Assembly (NCBI GenBank): GCA_018608435.1
Contig: JABAZV010000006.1
Span: 31,692 to 95,691 of the forward strand
Direction of reading: 5' to 3'
Length of the DNA: 64,000 nt
Source: Patescibacteria group bacterium
GTDB taxonomy: Bacteria > Patescibacteriota > Minisyncoccia > Phycocordibacterales > UBA918
Every line of letters starts with the position of its first letter. Within the stretch, counting starts at the first letter, position 1. Below the pieces are notes generated by a model that was given only the letters and a program-made list of their open reading frames with translations, did no database searches and was not told the DNA's origin. The position numbers and the translations under genes are program-made. Positions 57,531-64,000 of the stretch are shown in pieces.

Positions 57531-59069
57531 TTATTTTTCTAGCACTGTTACTTGGTCTCCGTTGTTTAGTCCGCGTGCGTCAGACACAAACTCTTCGTCG
57601 GCTGTAAGGCCAGAGGTTACTTCAACTGAACCTCCACGAATAACACCTAAAGTTATGTCACGAGAAACCAAACGACCGTTGTCGAGCAAGAAGACCGAGC
57701 CATCTTCAGCTTGGAGCTTCACTGCTGAAAGTGGCACTTGAATCGTTTGCAATGCAGCTGTGTCAGAAAAAGTCTTGCTGATGCGAACAGTGTCGCCGTT
57801 TGCAATGCTTGATTCTTCGCTGGCAACACGTACTTCAGTTTTACCAGTTTCGCTATCAACTGATGGGGCGATGTTAGTTACGATTCCTTCGAATTCATTT
57901 TCAATCGTAACTGTGCTGCCAACTTCTAGCAGTGATCGCTCAGTGTCGCTAACATAAGTTACAATTTCAAGCGCATTGTTGTTTGCAATGGTTGCAACTG
58001 GGGCAAATGAGCTCAGAAAGTTTCCGACTCTAATATCAACTGCGTTTACAGTTCCACTGATTGGAGAGCTAAACACTGTCTTTGCCAAGTTGGCTTGTGC
58101 TGCACGTAAAGAACCGAGTGCTTGTTTTATTTGCGCGTCGGCTGCCGAGGTTGTTCCTCCGCTGGCTGCAATCTTTGCTTTTTCTACTCCTTCGCGCGCT
58201 GACGAGAGACTGTTTTCTGCATTGTCTATACTAGACTGTGTACCAATCAAAGTAGAACGAAGAGATGTAAAAGAATTGATAAAACCTTTTATTTCAGATT
58301 CAGAATAACGGCCGTTTCTATCCTGATTAGCAAAGACTGTCAGGAATGTGTCGATCAAAGTGATAGTTCTTTGCACTTGAACACTAGCGTAAGCAAGCTC
58401 GGTGTTGATGTCAGCCGCAGTTGAAATGGTATTAGACTTTTGCTGCCAAGAGGTGAGAAGAGTTTGATAGACCACTCGTTCGTTGTTCAGAGCGCTTGTA
58501 AAACCTTTTCCATCGAGGCGCAAGCCGGGAATACGAGCGTCAGGATCAGAGAAGAAAGGGTCGATATTATTGCGCACCATTCCGTTAGTTGTGTTGTAGG
58601 CTGATTGGAAAGTTGAAACAGCTGCTTTTTCAGCCGATAGTACTACTGTTTCTGCTTGCTCAACACTGACACCGCTTTGCGCTGCCGCTGCAAGTGCTGA
58701 TTCATAAGCACCCTCGGCTTGCAAAACAGAAGCACGTTCGCTCGCATTCTCGATTGAACCGATTGTTTGGCCAGCGTTTACAAACTGTCCAAGCTCAACA
58801 TTTACGCTTGTTATGCGTCCTGAAGCCTCGCTGGTGACTTTTGCTTCACTAAACGCTCGTGCTGTTCCGATAAGAGAAAGTGATTCTTCGCCACTATAGT
58901 TGAGAGCAGAAGTTAGGGTAACTTGTGGTAGTTTTGTGCCACTCACTATTGCGTCTTCTTCTTGTTTGTCGACTACTAACACCCAAAAAGCAATAGCAGC
59001 AATCGCTATAACCAGTACCCAGAGTAGTTTTTTACGCAACCAAGTTGCGATGTTCATAATCATTTCCAT
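57531..59069 (-). CDS. Efflux RND periplasmic adaptor (membrane fusion protein, HlyD/AcrA family) with an extended coiled-coil hairpin
   Basis: It has an N-terminal TM, a biotinyl-lipoyl-like segment (GRITSVNVELGQFVNAGQTIGSIE), a long alpha-helical hairpin and C-terminal beta-barrel/MP domains. The stop lies 4 nt before the RND start. Confidence 0.85.
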   Translation of the reverse strand: MEMIMNIATWLRKKLLWVLVIAIAAIAFWVLVVDKQEEDAIVSGTKLPQVTLTSALNYSGEESLSLIGTARAFSEAKVTSEASGRITSVNVELGQFVNAGQTIGSIENASERASVLQAEGAYESALAAAAQSGVSVEQAETVVLSAEKAAVSTFQSAYNTTNGMVRNNIDPFFSDPDARIPGLRLDGKGFTSALNNERVVYQTLLTSWQQKSNTISTAADINTELAYASVQVQRTITLIDTFLTVFANQDRNGRYSESEIKGFINSFTSLRSTLIGTQSSIDNAENSLSSAREGVEKAKIAASGGTTSAADAQIKQALGSLRAAQANLAKTVFSSPISGTVNAVDIRVGNFLSSFAPVATIANNNALEIVTYVSDTERSLLEVGSTVTIENEFEGIVTNIAPSVDSETGKTEVRVASEESSIANGDTVRISKTFSDTAALQTIQVPLSAVKLQAEDGSVFLLDNGRLVSRDITLGVIRGGSVEVTSGLTADEEFVSDARGLNNGDQVTVLEK

Positions 59070-59316
59070 ATATCAGCTTTAAAATAATACTTCCGTTTTG
59101 CTAAGTAATCACAAAAAGTACCATAAGTAAAGTCTTTTGTCTATAGATAAGGCTTATGTTTTAGGCACTTTTGGCTTTGAATGATCTGGCTCAAGAATAA
59201 ATTGTATAAAATAAACCGCCCAGATAAGCGGGGCGGCTAATTAAGCTCGGAAGAGCTCAGTTTAGAACTTTTAGTTGCAGTTGCTGTCTAACGTACTGAA
59301 GGCATCAGTTGAGACA

Positions 59317-59943
59317 TTATTGTACAATCCTGAGACGTGGAGGGTTTTCAGCTTGTTCGGCAGCGTATCCTGTTTCTCCGACAGCGCTTAATCGCTCCAC
59401 ACTGTCTTCAGCTGCTTGTAGCTGAGCTATTGTTTCGCGCAATAGATTATCCATGCGCGAAAATTTTTGCTGATTGTCATCGTTGAAGTATGATTTCTCG
59501 CGCAATTTTTCAGTTGGCAGACATCCTGCTACGAAAGCACAGAGCAGATCGCAGTTATGGATGACATACGTGCGGATAAACTTTTTTGTTTGAGAATACA
59601 CGAAAGTTGAACCGTTTTCACGGATAGACCACAAATCACTTTTTTTGTCGCAGAAAATAGATAATTCGTCTGTTTCATACGCAGCGTAATCTACTGTGCA
59701 CGCTTCGACAGACCGATCAAGATGACGATGAATATATATGAAGCAGTATTCGCCAGACCCCTTTACTGCCAAGACGATTGGTTCGGCAGGGTCTTTGGGC
59801 TCAAAAGAGAGCGCTTCAATTTCCTGACCTCGTTTGAAGTCGCTTAGAGGACGGAGGTTGAAATGTCCAACCACTGTAATGCACAAATCTGTACCGTTGT
59901 AATGGTGTTTTTCCGGATCATAAGACAGTGACAACATGCTCAT
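59317..59943 (-). CDS. Hypothetical cytoplasmic protein (about 208 aa; start trimmed to the MSMLSL Met)
   Basis: The N-terminal 30 codons of the listed ORF are Cys-rich and atypical. The ATG at 59943 is preceded (minus strand) by AGAGAGG. I recognise no domain. Confidence 0.5.
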   Translation of the reverse strand: MSMLSLSYDPEKHHYNGTDLCITVVGHFNLRPLSDFKRGQEIEALSFEPKDPAEPIVLAVKGSGEYCFIYIHRHLDRSVEACTVDYAAYETDELSIFCDKKSDLWSIRENGSTFVYSQTKKFIRTYVIHNCDLLCAFVAGCLPTEKLREKSYFNDDNQQKFSRMDNLLRETIAQLQAAEDSVERLSAVGETGYAAEQAENPPRLRIVQ

Positions 59944-60119
59944 ATAAAGCCTCTCTTTGCTGGGTGAATTTGTGCTGAGTAAACAGCACTGATGATTAGG
60001 AACGTTTAAAGCAGCGCATATTATACATCTCATTTATATCTTGTCAACTTAGTTAGTTTTCGTAACTCGGCATCAAAATATCTAGCAATGCATTTTGTTT
60101 ATGATATAATCCATGCACT

Positions 60120-60434
60120 ATGTTAGGAAAATTGAAAAATATGGCGATGAAGAAACTTCTTCAGTCGCAAATGAAAGACGTACCAGAAGATCAGCAGAAG
60201 ATGATTATGGAGATGCTGGAGAAAGACCCGAAGCTATTTGAGAAAATTGCTAAAGAAATGCAGGCAGAACTTAAGTCCAATGGCAACAATCAAATGCAAG
60301 CTGCGATGAAGGTTTTGCCAAAGTACCAGAAAGAAATTATGTCTGTGATGAGTCCTGAAATGAAAGAGAAAATGATGCAAATGCAAGCTGGCATGGCAGG
60401 GAAGTTCAGTCCTGACGGGCGAATCAACTCTTAG
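60120..60434 (+). CDS. Small Met/Lys/Glu/Gln-rich protein (104 aa), hypothetical
   Basis: The composition is biased (MKxxM and MQ repeats). A terminator follows. Confidence 0.45.
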   Translation: MLGKLKNMAMKKLLQSQMKDVPEDQQKMIMEMLEKDPKLFEKIAKEMQAELKSNGNNQMQAAMKVLPKYQKEIMSVMSPEMKEKMMQMQAGMAGKFSPDGRINS

Positions 60435-60452
60435 TTCTAAAGAAAGTAAACA

Positions 60453-60484
60453 AAAACCCCACACTTGTGTGAGGGGTTTTGTTT
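60453..60484 (+). terminator. Rho-independent terminator (AAACCCCACAC-TTG-TGTGAGGGGTTT plus T-run)
   Basis: I read this in the sequence. The stem has one mismatch. Confidence 0.7.
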
Positions 60485-60566
60485 AACTTGTCCTTTTAAA
60501 AAGTGTAATCAACAGAACACGCGCTTTGACCCAGCTCTTGGTCAACACATGCTGTACAATAAACCC

Positions 60567-61148
60567 ATGAAATCCAAAAATATCGTTATAATTTGCGGTC
60601 ATCCAGATTCTGACAGTTTTACTGGACATCTTTTAGATGTTTACCAAGCTGCTGCTGAGGAAGCTGGTCACGAAATTAGACGTTATGACTTGGGTTTACT
60701 CAAATTCGATCCTGTCTTACACAAGGGTTACAAAGAAATTCAGCATCTAGAACCAGATCTTGAAATGATACAAAGTGCCATTCGCGAGTGCGACCATTTG
60801 GTAATCGCTTACCCAAACTGGTGGTGCAGCATGCCCGCCTTGCTCAAAGGCTTGTTTGACCGCATTTGGTTGCCCGGGTTTGCCTTTAATTTTAATAAAG
60901 AAACAAACAAAACAGAAAAACATCTCACTGGCAAAACTGCTCGTGTATTTACTCTTTCTGGTTCGCACAGCCCATTTAACACTTGGTGGAAGTTTGGTGA
61001 TTATACCAACGAAATTCAATACGGGATTTTAGAGTTTGCCGGAATTAAGGCAGAAGTTACTGCGTATGGTCCTTGCGAAAAAGTAGACGACAAAGTAAGG
61101 GAGAAGTGGTTGAAAGAAGTTGATGCGTTCGGTCAAAAAGCAAGGTAA
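60567..61148 (+). CDS. Flavodoxin-like fold NAD(P)H-dependent oxidoreductase (NAD(P)H dehydrogenase (quinone)/Flavodoxin_2 family); start trimmed to MKSKN
   Basis: MKSKNIVIICGHPDSDSF is the flavodoxin-like FMN/NAD(P)H loop. LVIAYPNWWCSMPALLKGLFDRIW is typical of Flavodoxin_2. The listed upstream extension overlaps the terminator. Confidence 0.75.
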   Translation: MKSKNIVIICGHPDSDSFTGHLLDVYQAAAEEAGHEIRRYDLGLLKFDPVLHKGYKEIQHLEPDLEMIQSAIRECDHLVIAYPNWWCSMPALLKGLFDRIWLPGFAFNFNKETNKTEKHLTGKTARVFTLSGSHSPFNTWWKFGDYTNEIQYGILEFAGIKAEVTAYGPCEKVDDKVREKWLKEVDAFGQKAR

Positions 61149-61708
61149 AGAACGTTTTGAAAAATTTTCTCAATATACGTGAAAAAGATGGATACTTAGC
61201 GATATACTTTTGTTCAAAATGTGTACAAAAAAATTGGAGAGTTCATTCATCGAACTGCCAGAGGATGAGAGTTTTGGTAACCGGTCACAGCACGCTAGTG
61301 CACACTGCTCGTTTACAGCGTTTCAAAATATTGTCTTTACAAATTTTGATAATCAGCTCGCTTCTAACCTAGTGAGCTCTGGCGTTATTTACTTGAAAGA
61401 GATATTTGACCTTAAATCAAACAAATCTGACCTTACGTTTGGTTATACTTGGCAAAATAATATCTCTTCTATTCAATTGGCTATTTCTGGAGATGCAAAA
61501 AATGCTTTTTTGTACTTCACTAAAAAGTTTTAATAAATTTGTTCTTTATAGAGCTGCGTTTAAAAACGCTGCTCTTATTTTTTTATTGAAAAATGAGTGT
61601 ACATAGATAAGTAGAAACGACCTAAAAACATTGCTTTTTACGTTAAGTTATGGTATACTGCGTACAGAATTTGTTCCAATAAAACCTTTCCCCAAACAGG
61701 AGAACCAA

Positions 61709-62023
61709 ATGAAAAAGTCTGCATTTTTACTAATAGGATTGTTTTTCATACTTGGCACAGTAAGTTGTGTCGTTCCTTACGAACCTTACGAACCTTACGA
61801 AAGACCTGCGCGAAATTTCTCAGCCGTGGCTGGTGCTTATGTCAAAAATGGCGTAAGTAGGAGTAACTGTCCAGATGGTCTTTACCAACCAGACACAGAG
61901 ATTTATACCAGTTCTGAAGCAATCGCTGATGAGGATTACGACAGCCGAGATGGATCTGTCGAGAGATTCCGCCAGAGACATGAAGGGGACAGGAGAGGAC
62001 CATGTGTGAAAAAACCTCAATAG
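61709..62023 (+). CDS. Small putative lipoprotein with a PYEPYEPYE repeat (start trimmed to MKKSAFLL with an AGGAG RBS)
   Basis: CAGGAGAACCAAATG gives the RBS. The signal peptide has a lipobox-like ...LGTVSC. A tandem 9-nt repeat ccttacgaa x3 lies at about 61775..61801. Confidence 0.5.
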   Translation: MKKSAFLLIGLFFILGTVSCVVPYEPYEPYERPARNFSAVAGAYVKNGVSRSNCPDGLYQPDTEIYTSSEAIADEDYDSRDGSVERFRQRHEGDRRGPCVKKPQ

Positions 62024-62259
62024 TAATAGCGCTTTTATTTTTTCTCTCAGGCTGCGTTGGAACCAGCTTTAAAGTTGAAAGCACTATTCCAGGAGTAGCT
62101 CCTGTTATTGCAGGTGCGATGCAGAAAATCGATAATCTGGCTGTTTGTCCGCGAGGGACAGAGCCAGTGAAGGAAGTTTCTGCTCAGCAACGCAAAAGTT
62201 CTGGTGCTGCAGGCAGAAAAGAGATATTTGAATCGACGCTAGAGTGTCGACAACTATAA
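62002..62259 (+). CDS. Small putative lipoprotein (lipobox LSGC)
   Basis: IVIALLFFLSGCVG is a classic L-S-G-C lipobox. The protein is 85 aa. The ORF overlaps the preceding one by 22 nt. Confidence 0.45.
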   Translation: MCEKTSIVIALLFFLSGCVGTSFKVESTIPGVAPVIAGAMQKIDNLAVCPRGTEPVKEVSAQQRKSSGAAGRKEIFESTLECRQL

Positions 62260-62271
62260 AGAGGCTAAAAT

Positions 62272-62306
62272 CCCGTTCGCAATCTGCGAACGGGTATATT
62301 TATTAT
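62272..62306 (+). terminator. Rho-independent terminator (CCCGTTCGC-AATCT-GCGAACGGG plus T-rich tail)
   Basis: I read this in the sequence, 13 nt after the stop at 62259. Confidence 0.6.
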
Positions 62307-62344
62307 ATTGTCGATTGCGCGTTTCTGTCTCCTCTTAGCATGAT

Positions 62345-63199
62345 ATGATACAAGCAATTATGCAAAAATCTTTTCTGCGAGAAACAGCCAGCGTTGTAAT
62401 GCGTGCGGTGGTGGTTGTGCTTACAATTGTGTTGGTCGTATGGAGCATGTCGGCTTTGTATGCAGTCGGGACCGGTATCAGCGATGGTGAGTGTAATGTG
62501 GCTGTTTTACCAATCGAAGGAGTTATTTTGCCTTACCATGGGTTACTCGATTACGAAATAATTACTACGCCAGAAAAAGTCGAAACCTTTATGTCTTTGG
62601 TTGAGGACGATCCTTCTATTGATGCTGTTTTGTTAGAAATAAATTCTCCCGGAGGAACACCAGTGGCGTCAGAAAGAATCGCTCAGCGTTTTAGGGACAG
62701 TAGTTTGCCGGTAGTAGGGCTGATTGGCGATACTGGCGCATCAGGTGGATACATGATTGCCGCAGCGACAGATTACTTAGTGGCTTCGAGAATGTCAGAT
62801 GTTGGTAGTATCGGTGTAAATATGTCGTATTTGGAAGAGTCGAAAAAGAACGATGAAGAAGGAATTACCTACGTGCAGCTGACGACCGGAGAATTTAAAG
62901 ATGCGGGTAGCCCAAATCGTCCTATTACAGACGCTGAGCGTGACTTATTGCAGGCAGATTTAGATATGGTACACGATGCTTTTATAGATTTGGTCAGTGA
63001 GTATCGTGGCCTTGAAAGGGAAGCAGTCGTAGAGCTTGCAAATGGCGCCACGATGCCCGGAGAGCGTGCATTCGAAGAAGGTTTGATAGATTCTGTCGGT
63101 GGTCGTGATGAAGTTAAAAAAGTACTTTCAAAATCACTCGACATCCAACCAGAAGAGGTTATCTTTTGTGAGTACAGCAGCGGCTTCTGGTTGCTATAA
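62345..63199 (+). CDS. sppA: Signal peptide peptidase SppA (S49 family, 36K type)
   Basis: It has an N-terminal TM. EINSPGGTPVASE is the oxyanion region. GASGGYMIA contains the Ser nucleophile. A catalytic Lys lies downstream. Confidence 0.85.
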   Translation: MIQAIMQKSFLRETASVVMRAVVVVLTIVLVVWSMSALYAVGTGISDGECNVAVLPIEGVILPYHGLLDYEIITTPEKVETFMSLVEDDPSIDAVLLEINSPGGTPVASERIAQRFRDSSLPVVGLIGDTGASGGYMIAAATDYLVASRMSDVGSIGVNMSYLEESKKNDEEGITYVQLTTGEFKDAGSPNRPITDAERDLLQADLDMVHDAFIDLVSEYRGLEREAVVELANGATMPGERAFEEGLIDSVGGRDEVKKVLSKSLDIQPEEVIFCEYSSGFWLL

Positions 63200-63202
63200 T
63201 TT

Positions 63203-63640
63203 TTGCAAATAATGCCTCAGCAATCTACCCGCTTTGATTTTGGTGACAGCTTCGCACCCAAAGAAGACTTCGTGTTGCTTGAAAATATCATCGAAGATCG
63301 CGGCAGTCGCTACGCTGTGAGCTATGGAATGGTGCAAAATAGAGCCGAAATAAAAGTTTTTTTGCAACGTTTGAAGAAAAAAAAGAAATATAATAAAGCT
63401 ACACACAACTCTTGGGCAGTGCGCATTTCTCACGCTGGCACAATTTACGAAAGTAAATCAGACGATGGCGAGACTGGCGCCGGTATGGTGATATTAAGAA
63501 TTATGCAAAAAACCGATGTGACAAACTGTGTTGTTTGTGTGACTCGTTGGTTTGGAGGAGTTAAGTTGATGGGTGACCGCTTTAAGCATCTGCAAGACGC
63601 AACAAAAATTGCTATTCAAGACATAGAGCACAAACGGTAA
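63203..63640 (+). CDS. yigZ: YigZ/IMPACT family protein (UPF0029)
   Basis: ATHNSWAVRI...SDDGETGAGMVIL and VVCVTRWFGGVKLMGDRFKHL match the conserved IMPACT-N motifs (ATHNCYAY..DDGEP.GTAG.P.L; VVVtRYFGGikLG.GGL). Confidence 0.8.
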   Translation: MQIMPQQSTRFDFGDSFAPKEDFVLLENIIEDRGSRYAVSYGMVQNRAEIKVFLQRLKKKKKYNKATHNSWAVRISHAGTIYESKSDDGETGAGMVILRIMQKTDVTNCVVCVTRWFGGVKLMGDRFKHLQDATKIAIQDIEHKR

Positions 63641-63738
63641 ACTGCTGCTTGGATGATTAAGAGTTTACAGTTCTGCATGTTCTAGGGTGTTATGCATATT
63701 TGCATTATGACGACTATAAGTCTGTTAGAATAAAAGAG

Positions 63739-64000
63739 ATGGATTTTGGCTATTTGCTATTGTTTCTATACGAGTTTTCTTACTTGCTGTCCGTGTTCGG
63801 AGTTTTTGTTGTTATCGCTGTGCTGAAAGGGAGGCAAGCGATTATAAATATTATTTTTGGTTTGTACCTGTCACTCTTGCTGGTAACTTTTTTGCCAAAT
63901 TATGACCAGCTCTTTTCTAGTGTTAGTGGCGCGGCTGCTAACTCTGCAGCACAACTCGCTTTCTTTGTGTTTTTGACTGTAATCACTACTATAGTTTCGG
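63739..64000 (+). CDS. Partial ORF (runs off the right edge) encoding a polytopic membrane protein N-terminus
   Basis: ATG at 63739 opens a frame with no stop to the window end. It reads MDFGYLLLFLYEFSYLLSVFGVFVVIAVL..., which is strongly hydrophobic. I recognise no family. Confidence 0.35.
   Translation, partial: MDFGYLLLFLYEFSYLLSVFGVFVVIAVLKGRQAIINIIFGLYLSLLLVTFLPNYDQLFSSVSGAAANSAAQLAFFVFLTVITTIVS

Noticed and set aside
60465-60566. An N-terminal extension of the flavodoxin-like oxidoreductase ORF starting at 60465
   Set aside because: The extension begins inside the upstream terminator hairpin and is Cys-rich. The conserved family N-terminus begins at MKSKNIVIICGHP (ATG at 60567).
1-64000. 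Use of an alternative genetic code (UGA recoding, as in Gracilibacteria/Absconditabacteria)
   Set aside because: Very long ORFs (5599, 2160 and 1088 aa) are intact under the standard code, and conserved domains are uninterrupted.
1-64000. CRISPR arrays, transposases, integrases and prophage structural gene clusters
   Set aside because: I saw no direct-repeat/spacer array and no DDE or tyrosine-recombinase ORF. The phage tail-collar domains are embedded in a cellular giant surface protein, not in a phage tail operon.

Overview
This 64-kb window is moderately AT-rich by eye and reads as a monoderm (Gram-positive-like or CPR/episymbiont-like) bacterium. The support is a sortase gene, an RND/MFP efflux pair with no outer-membrane factor, weak Shine-Dalgarno sites and putative leaderless promoters. 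Long ORFs are intact under the standard genetic code.

Housekeeping genes sit at the edges. The left edge has a partial sigma-70 N-terminus, an RluB/RsuA-type pseudouridine synthase and a bidirectional terminator. The right edge has SppA and a YigZ/IMPACT protein.

The interior is dominated by secreted and cell-surface genes:
(i) A sortase lies beside a Thr/Asp-repeat surface protein that has a C-terminal TM plus RR tail but no LPXTG.
(ii) A processive GT2 synthase (DXD, TED and QxxRW motifs) is followed by a small membrane protein and a 2160-aa secreted protein. That protein contains a PQQ-type beta-propeller, a PKD domain, six CBM_4_9-like modules and a CE4 polysaccharide deacetylase. This looks like a poly-GlcNAc/chitin-like synthase-deacetylase locus.
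(iii) A surface cluster (21.1-28.5 kb) holds two paralogous secreted proteins, a DUF916/DUF3324-like anchored protein, a protein with a canonical C-terminal type-I dockerin, an Hsp20, and a membrane-anchored cohesin-like protein.
(iv) A 5599-aa giant protein carries an acidic low-complexity N-terminus, three phage tail-collar (MDP-like) domains, FN3 domains, a six-bladed 'WNGTxW' propeller-like repeat, three tandem ~2.3-kb beta-helix super-repeats and a DUF2341/LamG-like C-terminus.

Other genes are an MBL-fold hydrolase, a GH26 hydrolase, a CAP-domain protein, a umuD-GH18-umuC operon, a 4xFN3 secreted protein, a MacB-type ABC ATPase with a C-terminal extension plus an FtsX permease, CspA, tRNA-Ala(GGC), RND/MFP efflux, a flavodoxin-like NAD(P)H oxidoreductase and small lipoproteins. 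I found no CRISPR array, transposase or integrase.
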